Both the position numbers and the translations under genes were made by a program. A stretch of DNA of 64,000 nt from Rhodocyclaceae bacterium (GTDB taxonomy: Bacteria > Pseudomonadota > Gammaproteobacteria > Burkholderiales > CAIKXV01), in assembly GCA_020248265.1 (NCBI GenBank), contig JADCHX010000004.1, positions 103,473 through 167,472 on the forward strand, read 5' to 3'. The notes below the pieces were generated by a model. It saw only the letters and a list, made by a program, of their open reading frames with translations. It had not been told where the DNA came from and did not search any database. Shown in pieces: positions 9,107 through 18,874 of this stretch. The first letter of the stretch is position 1, and every line of letters starts with the position of its first letter.

Positions 9107-10498
9107 ATGACCCGTGAATCCGCCGTCTCGCGCGCCACGCGCCACTTCGATGAAGGCCGCTTCATCGAGGACCTCGCGCGCCGTGTCGCAATCCGCACCG
9201 AGAGCCAGGTGCCAGAGAGCCGTCCCCACCTCGATGCCTACCTGCGCGACGAGATGACCGGTGCCTTCGAGGCGATGGGCTTCCGTGTCGACATCCTGCC
9301 GAACCCGGTGGAAAGTGCCGGGCCGATCCTGCTCGCCGAGCGCATCGAGGGTGAATCGCTGCCGACCATGCTCTGCTACGGCCATGGTGACGTGATCCGC
9401 GGCCTGGAGGGGCAATGGCGCGACGGACTGTCCCCCTGGGTGCTGAAGCAGGAGGGCGAGCGCTGGTACGGGCGCGGTTCCGCGGACAACAAGGCGCAGC
9501 ACTCGATCAACATGGCCGCGCTCGCGATGGTGATCGCCGAGCGCGGCCGGCTCGGCTTCAATGCGCGCTTCATGCTCGAGACCGGCGAGGAGATGGGCTC
9601 GCCCGGCCTGCGCGAGTTCTGCGACCGGCATCGCGACCGGCTGCGCGCCGACGTGCTGATCGCCTCCGACGGACCCAGGCTGTCGGCGCACAGGCCGACG
9701 CTCTACCTCGGTTCGCGGGGTGTGATGAACATCGACTTTGCGATCGACCTGCGCGAGGGCGCGCACCACTCGGGCAACTGGGGCGGGCTGCTGGCCAACC
9801 CGGGCATCGTGCTGGCGCATGCGCTGGCGAGCATCGTGACGCGCGATGGCAAGGTGCTGGTGCCGGGGTTGCTGCCAGACGGTATCCCGGACAGCATCCG
9901 CGAAGTCCTGGTCGACTGCGCACCGCGGCCCGAGCCAGGCGAGCCGACGATCGACGAAGGCTGGGGCGAGCCGGGCCTGACCACCGCGGAGAAGCTCTAC
10001 GCCTGGAACACCTTCGAGATCCTCGCCTGCCGAACCGGCAACCCGGACAACCCGGTCAACGCGATCCCCGGCCGTGCGACGGCCACCTGCCAGGTGCGCT
10101 TCGTGGCCGGCTGCGATCCCAGGACCTTCGTGCCGATCCTGCGCAGCCACCTCGATGCCGCGGGATTCCCGATGGTCCGGGTGAGCCCGGCGCGCTCGAG
10201 CTTCATGGAGGCTACGCGCATGGATCCGAAGGATCCGTGGGTGCAGTGGGCCGCCGAGTCGATGGAGCGCACCATCGGCGAGCGCCCGGCGATCCTGCCG
10301 AACATCGGCGGCTCGCTGCCGAACGACTGCTTCGCGCACGTGCTGGGCCTGCCGACGTTGTGGGTGCCGCACTCCTATGCCGGCTGCTCGCAGCACGCGC
10401 CGGACGAGCATGTGCTCGCGCCGGTCCTGCGCGAAGGACTGCAGCTGATGACCGGGCTGTTCTGGGACCTGGGCGAGAAGGACGCTGCTCGCCCTTGA
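9107..10498 (+). CDS. M20-family metallopeptidase/deacylase
   Basis: 463 aa. Motifs LCYGHGDV, GRGSADNKAQ and GEEMGSPGL. Confidence 0.8.
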   Translation: MTRESAVSRATRHFDEGRFIEDLARRVAIRTESQVPESRPHLDAYLRDEMTGAFEAMGFRVDILPNPVESAGPILLAERIEGESLPTMLCYGHGDVIRGLEGQWRDGLSPWVLKQEGERWYGRGSADNKAQHSINMAALAMVIAERGRLGFNARFMLETGEEMGSPGLREFCDRHRDRLRADVLIASDGPRLSAHRPTLYLGSRGVMNIDFAIDLREGAHHSGNWGGLLANPGIVLAHALASIVTRDGKVLVPGLLPDGIPDSIREVLVDCAPRPEPGEPTIDEGWGEPGLTTAEKLYAWNTFEILACRTGNPDNPVNAIPGRATATCQVRFVAGCDPRTFVPILRSHLDAAGFPMVRVSPARSSFMEATRMDPKDPWVQWAAESMERTIGERPAILPNIGGSLPNDCFAHVLGLPTLWVPHSYAGCSQHAPDEHVLAPVLREGLQLMTGLFWDLGEKDAARP

Positions 10499-10541
10499 TG
10501 CCGGCCGCCGCCCAGTGAACGTCCCCAAGGATGCATCGCCG

Positions 10542-11525
10542 ATGTACCACCCTCTGCCCCCTTCCTTGATGTGCACCGCGCTGCTCGCGATACCGGCCCT
10601 CGCGTCCCCGGCTTTCGGCCAGGCCTGGCCGGCGAAGCCCATCCGCATGATCGTGCCGGTGGCACCGGGTGGCGGCGCGGACATCACCTCCCGGCTGGTC
10701 GCGGCGAAGCTGTCCGAGCGCTTCGGCCAGCAGGTGATCGTCGACAACCGTTCCGGGGCGGGCGGCATCGTCGGCCTGGAGATGCTCGCGCGGTCCAACC
10801 CGGACGGCTATACGATCTCGCAGGGCGGGGTAGGTCCGCTCGCGGTGAACCCGAGCCTCTACGCGAAGCTGCCCTACGATCCGCTGAAGGATTTCGCGCC
10901 GATCCTGCGCGCGGTGTCGGCGCTCAACGTGCTGGTGGTGCATCCGTCGGTGCCGGTGCAGTCGGTGAAGGACCTCATCGCATTTGCGCGCGCCAACCCG
11001 GGCAAGCTCAACTACGGCTCCTCGGGCGCGGGCCGCGCCGACCATCTTGCCGGTGAACTGTTCTCGATGATGGCCGGGGTGCGGATGCAGCACGTGCCAT
11101 ACAAGGGTGGCGGCCCGGCGATGACCGACCTGGTCGGTGGCAACCTGCAGCTGATCTTCGCCACCGTGTCCACCGCGGCGAGCCACATGAAGAGCGGCAA
11201 GGTACGCACCCTCGCCAACACCTCGGCCGTGCGCTCCGACCTGTTTCCCGACCTGCCGACGATCGGCGAATCCGGCGTGCCCGGCTTCGCGATCGACAAC
11301 TGGTACTCGTTCATCGCACCGGCCGGCACGCCTGCGCCCATCGTCGACATGCTCAACGTCGAGATCGCCCGTACGCTGTCGCTGCCGGACGTGAAGGAGC
11401 GGCTGCACGTGCTGGGCATCGTGCCGTTCACCACGGCGCGGCCCGCCGAGTTCGCGCAGTACCTGCGCGCCGAGATCGCGAAGTACGCGAAGCTCGTGAA
11501 GGCCGTCGGCATCACGCCGGAGTAG
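10542..11525 (+). CDS. Bug/TctC-family periplasmic solute receptor
   Basis: Start uncertain (GTG 10515, ATG 10542 or ATG 10569). AWPAKPIRMIVPVAPGGGAD and VPYKGGGPAMTDLVGGNL. Confidence 0.8.
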   Translation: MYHPLPPSLMCTALLAIPALASPAFGQAWPAKPIRMIVPVAPGGGADITSRLVAAKLSERFGQQVIVDNRSGAGGIVGLEMLARSNPDGYTISQGGVGPLAVNPSLYAKLPYDPLKDFAPILRAVSALNVLVVHPSVPVQSVKDLIAFARANPGKLNYGSSGAGRADHLAGELFSMMAGVRMQHVPYKGGGPAMTDLVGGNLQLIFATVSTAASHMKSGKVRTLANTSAVRSDLFPDLPTIGESGVPGFAIDNWYSFIAPAGTPAPIVDMLNVEIARTLSLPDVKERLHVLGIVPFTTARPAEFAQYLRAEIAKYAKLVKAVGITPE

Positions 11526-11529
11526 CCCG

Positions 11530-12666
11530 ATGCCACGCTTCCTGCACACTGCCGACTGGCAGATCGGCCGCCAGTACAGCCAGTTCCCGCCGGACGATGG
11601 CGTGCCGCTGGCCGAGGCGCGGCTCGAGGCGGTCGCGACGATCGCCCGGCTGGCCACCGAGCATGCGGTCGACGCCGTGCTGGTGGCCGGCGACGTGTTC
11701 GATGCGCAGGCAGTCTCCGAGCGCACGATCCGCCGGCTGTTCGCGCAGCTCGCCGGCTTCGTGGGTCCCTGGCTGATGATTCCCGGCAACCACGATGCCG
11801 CGCTCGCCGAGAGCGTCTGGACCTGCGCGCGGCGCATCGGTGCGGTACCGCCCAACGTCCACCTGGCCCTAGAACCGGGCGTGCTCGACTTCGCGGCGCT
11901 CGGCTTCGTGGCGCTCGCGGCACCGCTGACCCAGCGCCATACCTACAACGACCTCACCGAGTGGTTCGACACCGCAACGACGCCGCCGGGCCTGCTGCGC
12001 ATCGGCCTGGCGCACGGCTGCGTGCAGGGCCAGCTGGCCGAGGACATCGATTCGCCGAATCCGATCGGCGCCGATCGGGCGCGCCGGTCGCGGCTCGACT
12101 ACCTGGCGCTCGGCGACTGGCATGGTTGCCGGCAGATGGACGAGCGCACCTGGTACAGCGGCACGCCCGAGCCGGACCGCTTCCGCGACAACGATCCCGG
12201 CCATGTGCTGCGGGTGGAGATAGAGGCGCCCGGGACGCTGCCGGTGGTGACGCGCATCGCGACCGGCCGCTACCGCTGGCGCACGCTGGAGGCCAGCCTG
12301 TCGGTGGCGAGCGACGTGGAGCAGCTGGCCAGGACGCTCGCCGCGGCACAGGCGGCCGACGTCCTTTCGCTGCAGGTGACGGGACAGGTCGACCTGCCGG
12401 GGCTGGTCCGGCTGCGCGAGGCGATCGGGCTGGCCGAGGCCGCCATGCGCCATCTGCAATCTGATCTCGCGCCGCTGCGGCTGGTGCCGACCGCCGAGGA
12501 CATTGCCGCGCTGGATGCGGACGGCTACCTCGGCGACCTGATCGCCGAGCTGCGCGACGCGCAATCCGGTGGCGCCGATCCCGAGGCGGCAGCCGTCGCC
12601 GGCCATGCCCTCGGGCTCCTCGCCACCTTCCTGCTCGAAGGCCGCGATGCGGTGGCGCCGGCATGA
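11530..12666 (+). CDS. SbcD/Mre11-like metallophosphoesterase (YhaO-like DNA exonuclease)
   Basis: 378 aa. Calcineurin-like phosphoesterase motifs FLHTADWQIG, VLVAGDVFD and MIPGNHD. Starts 4 nt after the Bug gene stop. Confidence 0.75.
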   Translation: MPRFLHTADWQIGRQYSQFPPDDGVPLAEARLEAVATIARLATEHAVDAVLVAGDVFDAQAVSERTIRRLFAQLAGFVGPWLMIPGNHDAALAESVWTCARRIGAVPPNVHLALEPGVLDFAALGFVALAAPLTQRHTYNDLTEWFDTATTPPGLLRIGLAHGCVQGQLAEDIDSPNPIGADRARRSRLDYLALGDWHGCRQMDERTWYSGTPEPDRFRDNDPGHVLRVEIEAPGTLPVVTRIATGRYRWRTLEASLSVASDVEQLARTLAAAQAADVLSLQVTGQVDLPGLVRLREAIGLAEAAMRHLQSDLAPLRLVPTAEDIAALDADGYLGDLIAELRDAQSGGADPEAAAVAGHALGLLATFLLEGRDAVAPA

Positions 12667-15311
12667 GGCTGCAGCGGCTGAAGGTCGAGCAGCTGCGCCA
12701 GTTCCGCGCGCCGTTCGAGCTCGATGGCATCGAGCCGGGGCTGAACCTGTTCGTCGGCGAGAACGAGGCGGGCAAGAGCACGCTGGTGCGGGCGATCCGC
12801 GCCGCCTTCTTCGAGCGGCATCGGTCATCCACGGTCGAAGACCTTCGGCCGTGGGGCGAGGCCACTGCGACACCGACCATCGAGCTCGACTTCACGGTGG
12901 GCGACACCGCCTTCCATCTGCGCAAGTCATTTCTGCAGCGCAAGCGTTGCGAGCTGAAGTACGGGGCCCGCACGCTCGATGGCGAGGATGCGGAGCAGTA
13001 TCTCGCCGAGCTGCTCGGTTTCAGCTTCGCCGGCAAGGGTGCCAGCCGTCCCGAGCACTGGGGTATCCCCGGGCTGCTCTGGATCGAGCAGGGGCAGGGA
13101 CACCTCATCAAGTCCTCGGTCGAGAACGCGGCCGACCACCTGCGCAAGGCACTGGACGTGTCGGTCGGCGAAGTCGCGAGCACCCAGGGCGACGCGTTGA
13201 TCGCGAAGGTACGCGCCGAGCGCGACCTGCTGCTTACTCCGAAGGACGACAAGCCGCGCGGCGAACTGAAGCGTGCGCTCGATGAGTGCGACGAGCTGCA
13301 GGCACAGCTCGCCGAGCAGGATGCGCGGATCGAGGCCTACCGCCGGCAGGTAGACCAGCTCGCGGCGCTCAAGGCGGAGCACGCACTGGAGCAGGTGGCG
13401 CGGCCCTGGGATGCGCTGCGCTTGCAGCAGCAGGCGGCGGAGCAGGCGCTCGCCGCAAGCGAGGCCCTCGCGCGGCAGCTCGACGCGGACAGGGCGTCGC
13501 TGCAGCCGGTCGAGGAGCGGCTGCAGATGGCCGAGCTGCAACTGGCCGGCTACGACGAGGACCGGCGCGCACTGGCGCAGCGCGAAGCCGGACTGGCCGA
13601 GGCGGCGCAGCGCCTGGAGGCGGCCACCGCGATCGAGGCGCGCCGTGCCGGCGAACACGCCCAGGCCGAAGCCGCCTGCGGCCTGACTGCAGCCGCGCTC
13701 GAGCAGGCGCGCCACGATGACCTGCGCCGCGACCTGGCCGAGCGTGCGGCCGACGCCGACACGCGCGTGCGGGAACTGGACACGCTGCTGCAGCGCGCCG
13801 TCGCTGAGCAGGTGCGCATCGAACAGTTGCGCCAGCAGGCGGCGGCCACCGCCATCGAGCCGGCGGACGTCGACCGGCTGCGCGGCCTGGCCGCGGAACT
13901 CGAGGCCTTGCGCATCCGGCAGCAGGTCGTGGCGACCCGGATCCGCTTCCGGCTCGTCGACGGCGCACAGGTAACACTCGCCGGCGAACCGCTGCAGGGC
14001 GAAGGTGAGCGTCTGCTCACTTCGGCGACATCTATCGAAATACCTGGAGGACATCTCGAGGTTGTACCTGGCGGCGACACGCTGGGCGCACTCGCGCGGG
14101 ACGAGGCCGATGCCCGCGCGGCCTGCGATGCGCTGCTGCAGCGCTGTGGCGTGGCGACCGTCGCGGACGCCGAAGCCCGCCTGTCCGGGCACCGGCAGGC
14201 GCTGCAGGACGGCGCCCAGGCGTCGCGGACGCTGGCGAGCCTGGCGCCGAAGGGCATCGATGCGCTGAAGGCCGACCGGGTCGGGCTGCTCGCCCGGATC
14301 GAGGTGTTGCAGCAGCAGATGGCGGCACTTCCGGCGGACGAACGGGCGGCTGGCGACCCGGGTACGACAGCCTCGCTCGCCGAGGCCGATACCCGGCACC
14401 AGGCTGCGCGCGACCAGGCCGCGACGATCGGTACACAGCTGGCCGAGGCGACGCAGGCGCGCCTGGTCGCGCATGAACAGCATGCCGCGGCGATTCGGGA
14501 GCACGCCCGGCTGCAGGTCAGTCTCGGCGCCGCCGACCGGCAGTCGCGGGAGCAGGATGCGGGCCGGCAACTGCTGGCCGTCCGGGCCGAGCGCCAGGCA
14601 CTGCTCGCGTCGATCGCGTCGAAGGCGGACGCGGTCGCGGGCACGCAGCCCGACATACTGCGGCAGTCGGTGGAGCGCTTCCGGCGCAGCGCGGAGCTCG
14701 CCGAGCGTGCGCACCAGGAGCGCGATCGCGACATCACGCGGCTCAACGGCATGCTGGAGGAGGCCGGCGCACAGGGCTTCGAGGAAGCCCGCGCCGCGCT
14801 GGCCGTGCGCCTCGAGGCCGCACTGCGCCGCCAGCGCGAGCTCGACCTGCGTGCCAGGGCGCTGCACCTGCTGCTCGAACGGCTCGAGGCGAGCCGCCGC
14901 GAGCGCATGCGCCAGCTGCGCGCGCCGCTGCAGGCGCGCATCGACCACTACATCCGCCTGCTGTTTCCGAAGGCCGCGCTGGAGGTCGGCGACGACCTGC
15001 TGCCCGGCCTGCTCACCCGTCCGGCGACGCAGGGCGACGAGTCTGGCGCAGTTTCTGAACTCAGCCACGGTGCGCGCGAGCAGATGGGCGTACTGACCCG
15101 GCTCGCCTATGCCGACCTGCTGCAGGAGGCTGGCCGCCCGACGCTGGTGATCCTCGACGATGCCCTGGTACACAGCGATAGTGAGCGGCTCGACCGGATG
15201 AAGCGCGTGCTGTTCGACGCGGCGCAGCGCCACCAGGTGCTGCTGTTCACCTGCCATCCGGCGGCGTGGCGCGACATGGGCGTGGTGGCGCGCACGATCG
15301 CGCGCGGGTAG
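12663..15311 (+). CDS. SMC/Rad50-like AAA ATPase (YhaN/SbcC-like) with long coiled coil
   Basis: 882 aa. Walker A GENEAGKST, central ~500 aa A/E/R/L/Q-rich coiled coil, signature-like LSHGAREQ, Walker B TLVILDDA. No CxxC zinc hook. ATGA overlap with the upstream gene (12663-12666). Confidence 0.75.
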   Translation: MRLQRLKVEQLRQFRAPFELDGIEPGLNLFVGENEAGKSTLVRAIRAAFFERHRSSTVEDLRPWGEATATPTIELDFTVGDTAFHLRKSFLQRKRCELKYGARTLDGEDAEQYLAELLGFSFAGKGASRPEHWGIPGLLWIEQGQGHLIKSSVENAADHLRKALDVSVGEVASTQGDALIAKVRAERDLLLTPKDDKPRGELKRALDECDELQAQLAEQDARIEAYRRQVDQLAALKAEHALEQVARPWDALRLQQQAAEQALAASEALARQLDADRASLQPVEERLQMAELQLAGYDEDRRALAQREAGLAEAAQRLEAATAIEARRAGEHAQAEAACGLTAAALEQARHDDLRRDLAERAADADTRVRELDTLLQRAVAEQVRIEQLRQQAAATAIEPADVDRLRGLAAELEALRIRQQVVATRIRFRLVDGAQVTLAGEPLQGEGERLLTSATSIEIPGGHLEVVPGGDTLGALARDEADARAACDALLQRCGVATVADAEARLSGHRQALQDGAQASRTLASLAPKGIDALKADRVGLLARIEVLQQQMAALPADERAAGDPGTTASLAEADTRHQAARDQAATIGTQLAEATQARLVAHEQHAAAIREHARLQVSLGAADRQSREQDAGRQLLAVRAERQALLASIASKADAVAGTQPDILRQSVERFRRSAELAERAHQERDRDITRLNGMLEEAGAQGFEEARAALAVRLEAALRRQRELDLRARALHLLLERLEASRRERMRQLRAPLQARIDHYIRLLFPKAALEVGDDLLPGLLTRPATQGDESGAVSELSHGAREQMGVLTRLAYADLLQEAGRPTLVILDDALVHSDSERLDRMKRVLFDAAQRHQVLLFTCHPAAWRDMGVVARTIARG

Positions 15312-15372
15312 CGCTCTCATGGGCGGCGGCGTGTAACCTGCTACCCTCGCGGGCTTCGAGGATGGCGCGCAC

Positions 15373-16485
15373 ATGAGCAGCAAGACCGGCCGCAACGATC
15401 CCTGCCCCTGTGGCAGCGGACGCAAGTTCAAGCTCTGCCACGGCCGCGATCCCGGCCCGGAGGCGGCCGGCGATCGTTCGCATGTCGATGCCGGCCGGCG
15501 CGCGCTCGAGTGGATCGGCAACCGCCACCGCAAGGCACTCGAACGCGAGACCACCGACCTGCTGTTCGAGGATCTCTGGCCCGAGGATGGTCCGCATCCC
15601 GAGGACGTCGACCCGCAGTTGATGCAGCAGATCATCATCAACATCAACGAGTGGATGCTGGCCGCCGGATCGATCGAGATCCGGAAGGAGCTGCACCGGC
15701 TCAATGACATGGTGCTCGCCGATGGCGGGCCGCCACTGAATCCTGCGCAGCGCGAGTACCTCCGGCAACTCGGGACCACCCCGCTCGGCCTCTACTACGT
15801 GACCGATGTCACCGCACGCGAAGGCGTGACGCTGGTCGATGCGCTCGCGCCTGGCCAGCCGCCGGTGTTCGTCAACGACGTGGCGCTCTCGGATACCGCC
15901 GATCCGGGCCTGCTGCTCGGTTGCCGCATCCTGAAGCTCGGCGATCGGCACGAGCTGTCCGGGTGCCTCTATCCGTTCCCGGAACTCGGTGCGGGCCACG
16001 CCATCGACGGCGTGCGCGAGCACCTGGCGCACGAGGACATCCCAGCGGAAGAGCGCATTTACGAGCAGGGCTGGGCCATCATGGCGATCTGGCTCGACCA
16101 TGTACTGATGCCGGCCGAACCGTCTGAACTCCGGGACGCGTCGACTGGCGAGCCCCTTGTGTTCGTCACCGACCACTACCGCGTGCCTGATGCCGGGGCG
16201 CTGAAGGCCTTGCTCGATGCGTGTCCCGAACTCGAGGCCGATGGCCATGGCGGCTGGGTGAAGCTCTCCACCGCCGAGGACGGCACGCAGCGCGCCGCCC
16301 TGCATGTCCATCCGGGCAAGGTCTCGTCACGGCTGGAAGTGTTCTACCGCACCGAGGCGCTGGCCGATGAGGGACGGCCGTGGTTCGAGGTCGTGGCCGG
16401 CGACTCGGTGAAGCACCTCAGCCGGGATCGTACCGATCCGCTAGAGGCACTGCGCGGCGGGCTCGAGCAGGACGACGACCGCTGA
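15373..16485 (+). CDS. SEC-C motif protein of unknown function
   Basis: 370 aa. The N-terminus MSSKTGRNDPCPCGSGRKFKLCHG is a SEC-C metal-binding motif. I do not recognise the rest. Confidence 0.7.
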   Translation: MSSKTGRNDPCPCGSGRKFKLCHGRDPGPEAAGDRSHVDAGRRALEWIGNRHRKALERETTDLLFEDLWPEDGPHPEDVDPQLMQQIIININEWMLAAGSIEIRKELHRLNDMVLADGGPPLNPAQREYLRQLGTTPLGLYYVTDVTAREGVTLVDALAPGQPPVFVNDVALSDTADPGLLLGCRILKLGDRHELSGCLYPFPELGAGHAIDGVREHLAHEDIPAEERIYEQGWAIMAIWLDHVLMPAEPSELRDASTGEPLVFVTDHYRVPDAGALKALLDACPELEADGHGGWVKLSTAEDGTQRAALHVHPGKVSSRLEVFYRTEALADEGRPWFEVVAGDSVKHLSRDRTDPLEALRGGLEQDDDR

Positions 16486-16489
16486 AGTT

Positions 16490-17488
16490 TCACTCGGGCT
16501 GGAGGCCGGCCGCCTTGGCGATCGCCGCGAACTTCGGTACCTCCGCGCGCATGAACGATGCGAACTCCTCCGGCGTGCTGCTGATCGGATCGAGGCCCTG
16601 CGCATCGAGGAACTTCCGCATATCGGGTTCGGCCACCATCTTGCGAAGTGCGTCGTTCAGTGTGTCGACGATCGGCTTCGGTACGCCGGCCGACGACACC
16701 AGTCCGAACCAGGTCGTGATGTCGTAGCCGGGCAGCCCCGATTCGGCCACTGTCGGGACGTCCTTCAGCTGGCTGGAGCGCGTGCGTCCGGTCACCGCGA
16801 GCCCACGCAGCTTGCCGTTGCGCGCATAGGGCAGCGCACCGGAGATGCCGCCGAAGTAGAAGTCGATCTGGCCGCCCATCAGGTCGGCCAGCACCGGGGC
16901 AGCACCCTTGTACGGCACATGCAGCACGTCGATCTTCGCCATCGTCTTGAACAGCTCACCGGCCAGGTGTGGCGGTGCACCGACACCGGACGAGCCGTAG
17001 GTCATCTGACCCGGGCGGCTGCGGGCGAGCGCGATCAGCTCCTTCACGTTCTTCGCCGGCACCGACGGGTGCGAGACCAGCAGGTACTGGTTCTGCGCGA
17101 CCAGCCCGATCGCGGTGAAGTCGCGCGTGACGTCGTAGCCGAGCTTCTTGTAAAGGCTGGGCCCGATGGTCACGAAGCTGCCGGCGAGCAGCAGGCTGTA
17201 GCCGTCGGGTGCCGAGCGCGCGATGTTCTCGGCGGCGATATGCCCACCCGCGCCGGCTCGGTTGTCGATCACCACCGGCTGGCCGAGCATCTCGGACAGC
17301 CGGCGGCCGACCGCGCGGGTGACGATGTCGCTCGGCCCGCCAGCCGGGAAGGCGGCGACGAAGCGGATGGGCTTTGCCGGGAAGGCCTGCGCGGACGCTG
17401 GCAGCGGCAGCAACAACGGCGCTGCCGCGCCGCAGATCGCAAGCATCGCCGCTGCCGGCGAAGGGGATGCGGTAGTCAGGGATTTCAT
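16490..17488 (-). CDS. Bug/TctC-family periplasmic solute receptor
   Basis: ATG at 17488 inside track ORF 16490..18229. AFPAKPIRFVAAFPAGGPSD and VPYKGAAPVLADLMGGQI. ATGA overlap with the upstream stop. Confidence 0.85.
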   Translation of the reverse strand: MKSLTTASPSPAAAMLAICGAAAPLLLPLPASAQAFPAKPIRFVAAFPAGGPSDIVTRAVGRRLSEMLGQPVVIDNRAGAGGHIAAENIARSAPDGYSLLLAGSFVTIGPSLYKKLGYDVTRDFTAIGLVAQNQYLLVSHPSVPAKNVKELIALARSRPGQMTYGSSGVGAPPHLAGELFKTMAKIDVLHVPYKGAAPVLADLMGGQIDFYFGGISGALPYARNGKLRGLAVTGRTRSSQLKDVPTVAESGLPGYDITTWFGLVSSAGVPKPIVDTLNDALRKMVAEPDMRKFLDAQGLDPISSTPEEFASFMRAEVPKFAAIAKAAGLQPE

Positions 17489-18864
17489 CAGTCGTGTACC
17501 GGCTTCATCTGTGGCGGGAAGTCCGGCTCCAGCGGCACCCGGAACGCGTTGACGATCGAGCCGAGCCCGAGGAAGTAGGCGCAGGTGATCGTGAGGTCGG
17601 TGATGCCGCGTTCGCCCAGCCGCTGCTTCACCGCGGCGAAGGTTTCGTCGCCGACCTGGCCGTGGTGCCGGAACGCGCGCGCATAGGCGATTGCGGCCCG
17701 CTCCATGTCGTCGGTCGTCGAAGGAACCTCGCCCGCGTTCAGCGCGTCGAGCTCCGCCTGCGTGATGCCGGCCTTGCGTGCCGACGGTACATGGTGCGTC
17801 CACGCATACTGGTTGCCGCGCGCCATCGACAGGATCGCGAACTCGCGCGGCCGGCCCGACAGCGAGCTGTGGTAGCGGACGTACTCGCCCAGCGCTGCGA
17901 AGCAGCCGAGCCCGTCCGGCGCGTGGCTCATGCTGGCCAGGATGCCGGAGACGTAGCCGCGCGTGGCGGTGATGCGGTCGTAGACGAGCGCGAGGTCGGC
18001 GCTGTGCGCCGGGTCGGCGGGCGCAATGCGCGGCGCAGCGCCGTCGGCCGCCGCCGGCCGACCCAGGCCCGACAGAAAGCCGTGCAGCACGCGCGAGCAG
18101 GCATCGGGAATCTGCGCGGTCATGCCGTGGCCGCCGCCGGGGATGCCCACATAGGTGCAGTGGCGCAGGCAGGTGCGCATCAGCGCGTACTCGCTGTCCT
18201 CGACCGAAGGGTCGGGCTCCGGAACGCACATCAGCACGGGGAAATCGAATGCAGCCAGCTTCTCGGGGAAGTAATGGCTGGCCAGCAGTGGCACGAAGCG
18301 GCCGAGGAACTCGGGCGTCACGCCCTCCGCCGTATCGAGATACCAGCGGATCATTTCAGGAGACGCCTCGCCGATCCGGTCGTGCACCGTCTCGTTGAGG
18401 AAATGACGTACGCCGTTCTTGCCGACCCGCTCCAGCCAGTTGCCCTTCTTCGGGCGCGACGGGTGGATACCCGGCGTCGCGGCAAACAGTGCCAGCGAGG
18501 CGAAGCGCGACGGCGCCTGCAGCGCCGCGTCCATCGCGATGATGCCGCCTGCGGACGAGCCCATCACATGCGCTTCGACGATGCCGAGATGATCGAACAG
18601 TTCGAGCAGGTCGAGCCCGAGCCGCTCCAGCGTCAGCGGCTGGTCGAGGCCGGCGTCGGACCGGCCGTGGCCGCGCAGGTCGGGCCGCACCACCCGGTAC
18701 TCGCGCGCGAAGTGCGGCACCCAGGCCTGCAGCCGCTCGGCGCTGCCCATGCCCGGATGGATCAGTACCAGGACCGGTGCAGGCTTCCAGGCGTCGGTGA
18801 AATCGTCGACTCGGTAGGCGAGGCGCACGCCGTCGCTGGCGGTGAAGTACTCGGGGACGGTCAT
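17488..18864 (-). CDS. fusion protein: alpha/beta hydrolase (enol-lactonase-like) + carboxymuconolactone decarboxylase (CMD/AhpD-like) domain
   Basis: ATG 18864 (MTVPEYFTASDG). N-terminal VLVLIHPGMG, RPDLRGHGRSD and GSSAGG. The C-terminal ~170 aa resemble the CMD family. Domain order matches PcaL-type fusions. Confidence 0.7.
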   Translation of the reverse strand: MTVPEYFTASDGVRLAYRVDDFTDAWKPAPVLVLIHPGMGSAERLQAWVPHFAREYRVVRPDLRGHGRSDAGLDQPLTLERLGLDLLELFDHLGIVEAHVMGSSAGGIIAMDAALQAPSRFASLALFAATPGIHPSRPKKGNWLERVGKNGVRHFLNETVHDRIGEASPEMIRWYLDTAEGVTPEFLGRFVPLLASHYFPEKLAAFDFPVLMCVPEPDPSVEDSEYALMRTCLRHCTYVGIPGGGHGMTAQIPDACSRVLHGFLSGLGRPAAADGAAPRIAPADPAHSADLALVYDRITATRGYVSGILASMSHAPDGLGCFAALGEYVRYHSSLSGRPREFAILSMARGNQYAWTHHVPSARKAGITQAELDALNAGEVPSTTDDMERAAIAYARAFRHHGQVGDETFAAVKQRLGERGITDLTITCAYFLGLGSIVNAFRVPLEPDFPPQMKPVHD

Positions 18865-18874
18865 CGGCGCGGCC

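Noticed and set aside
11530-15311. Calling the nuclease-ATPase pair a phage-defence system.
   Set aside because: YhaO/YhaN-type pairs are widespread housekeeping-like repair genes. I see no other defence hallmarks nearby, such as methylase, helicase, TIR/SIR2 or a flanking integrase. I kept it only as a hypothesis to test.
12927-15779. 950-aa minus-strand ORF antisense to the SMC-like ATPase. Similar long antisense or alternate-frame ORFs occur at 8894..10798, 28606..30441, 32716..34509, 30845..32056, 51347..53140 and 4922..7006.
   Set aside because: These are typical GC-rich shadow ORFs. They give Arg/Pro/Ala/Gly-rich low-complexity translations with no recognisable motifs. Each fully overlaps an ORF on the other strand or frame that has clear family signatures.
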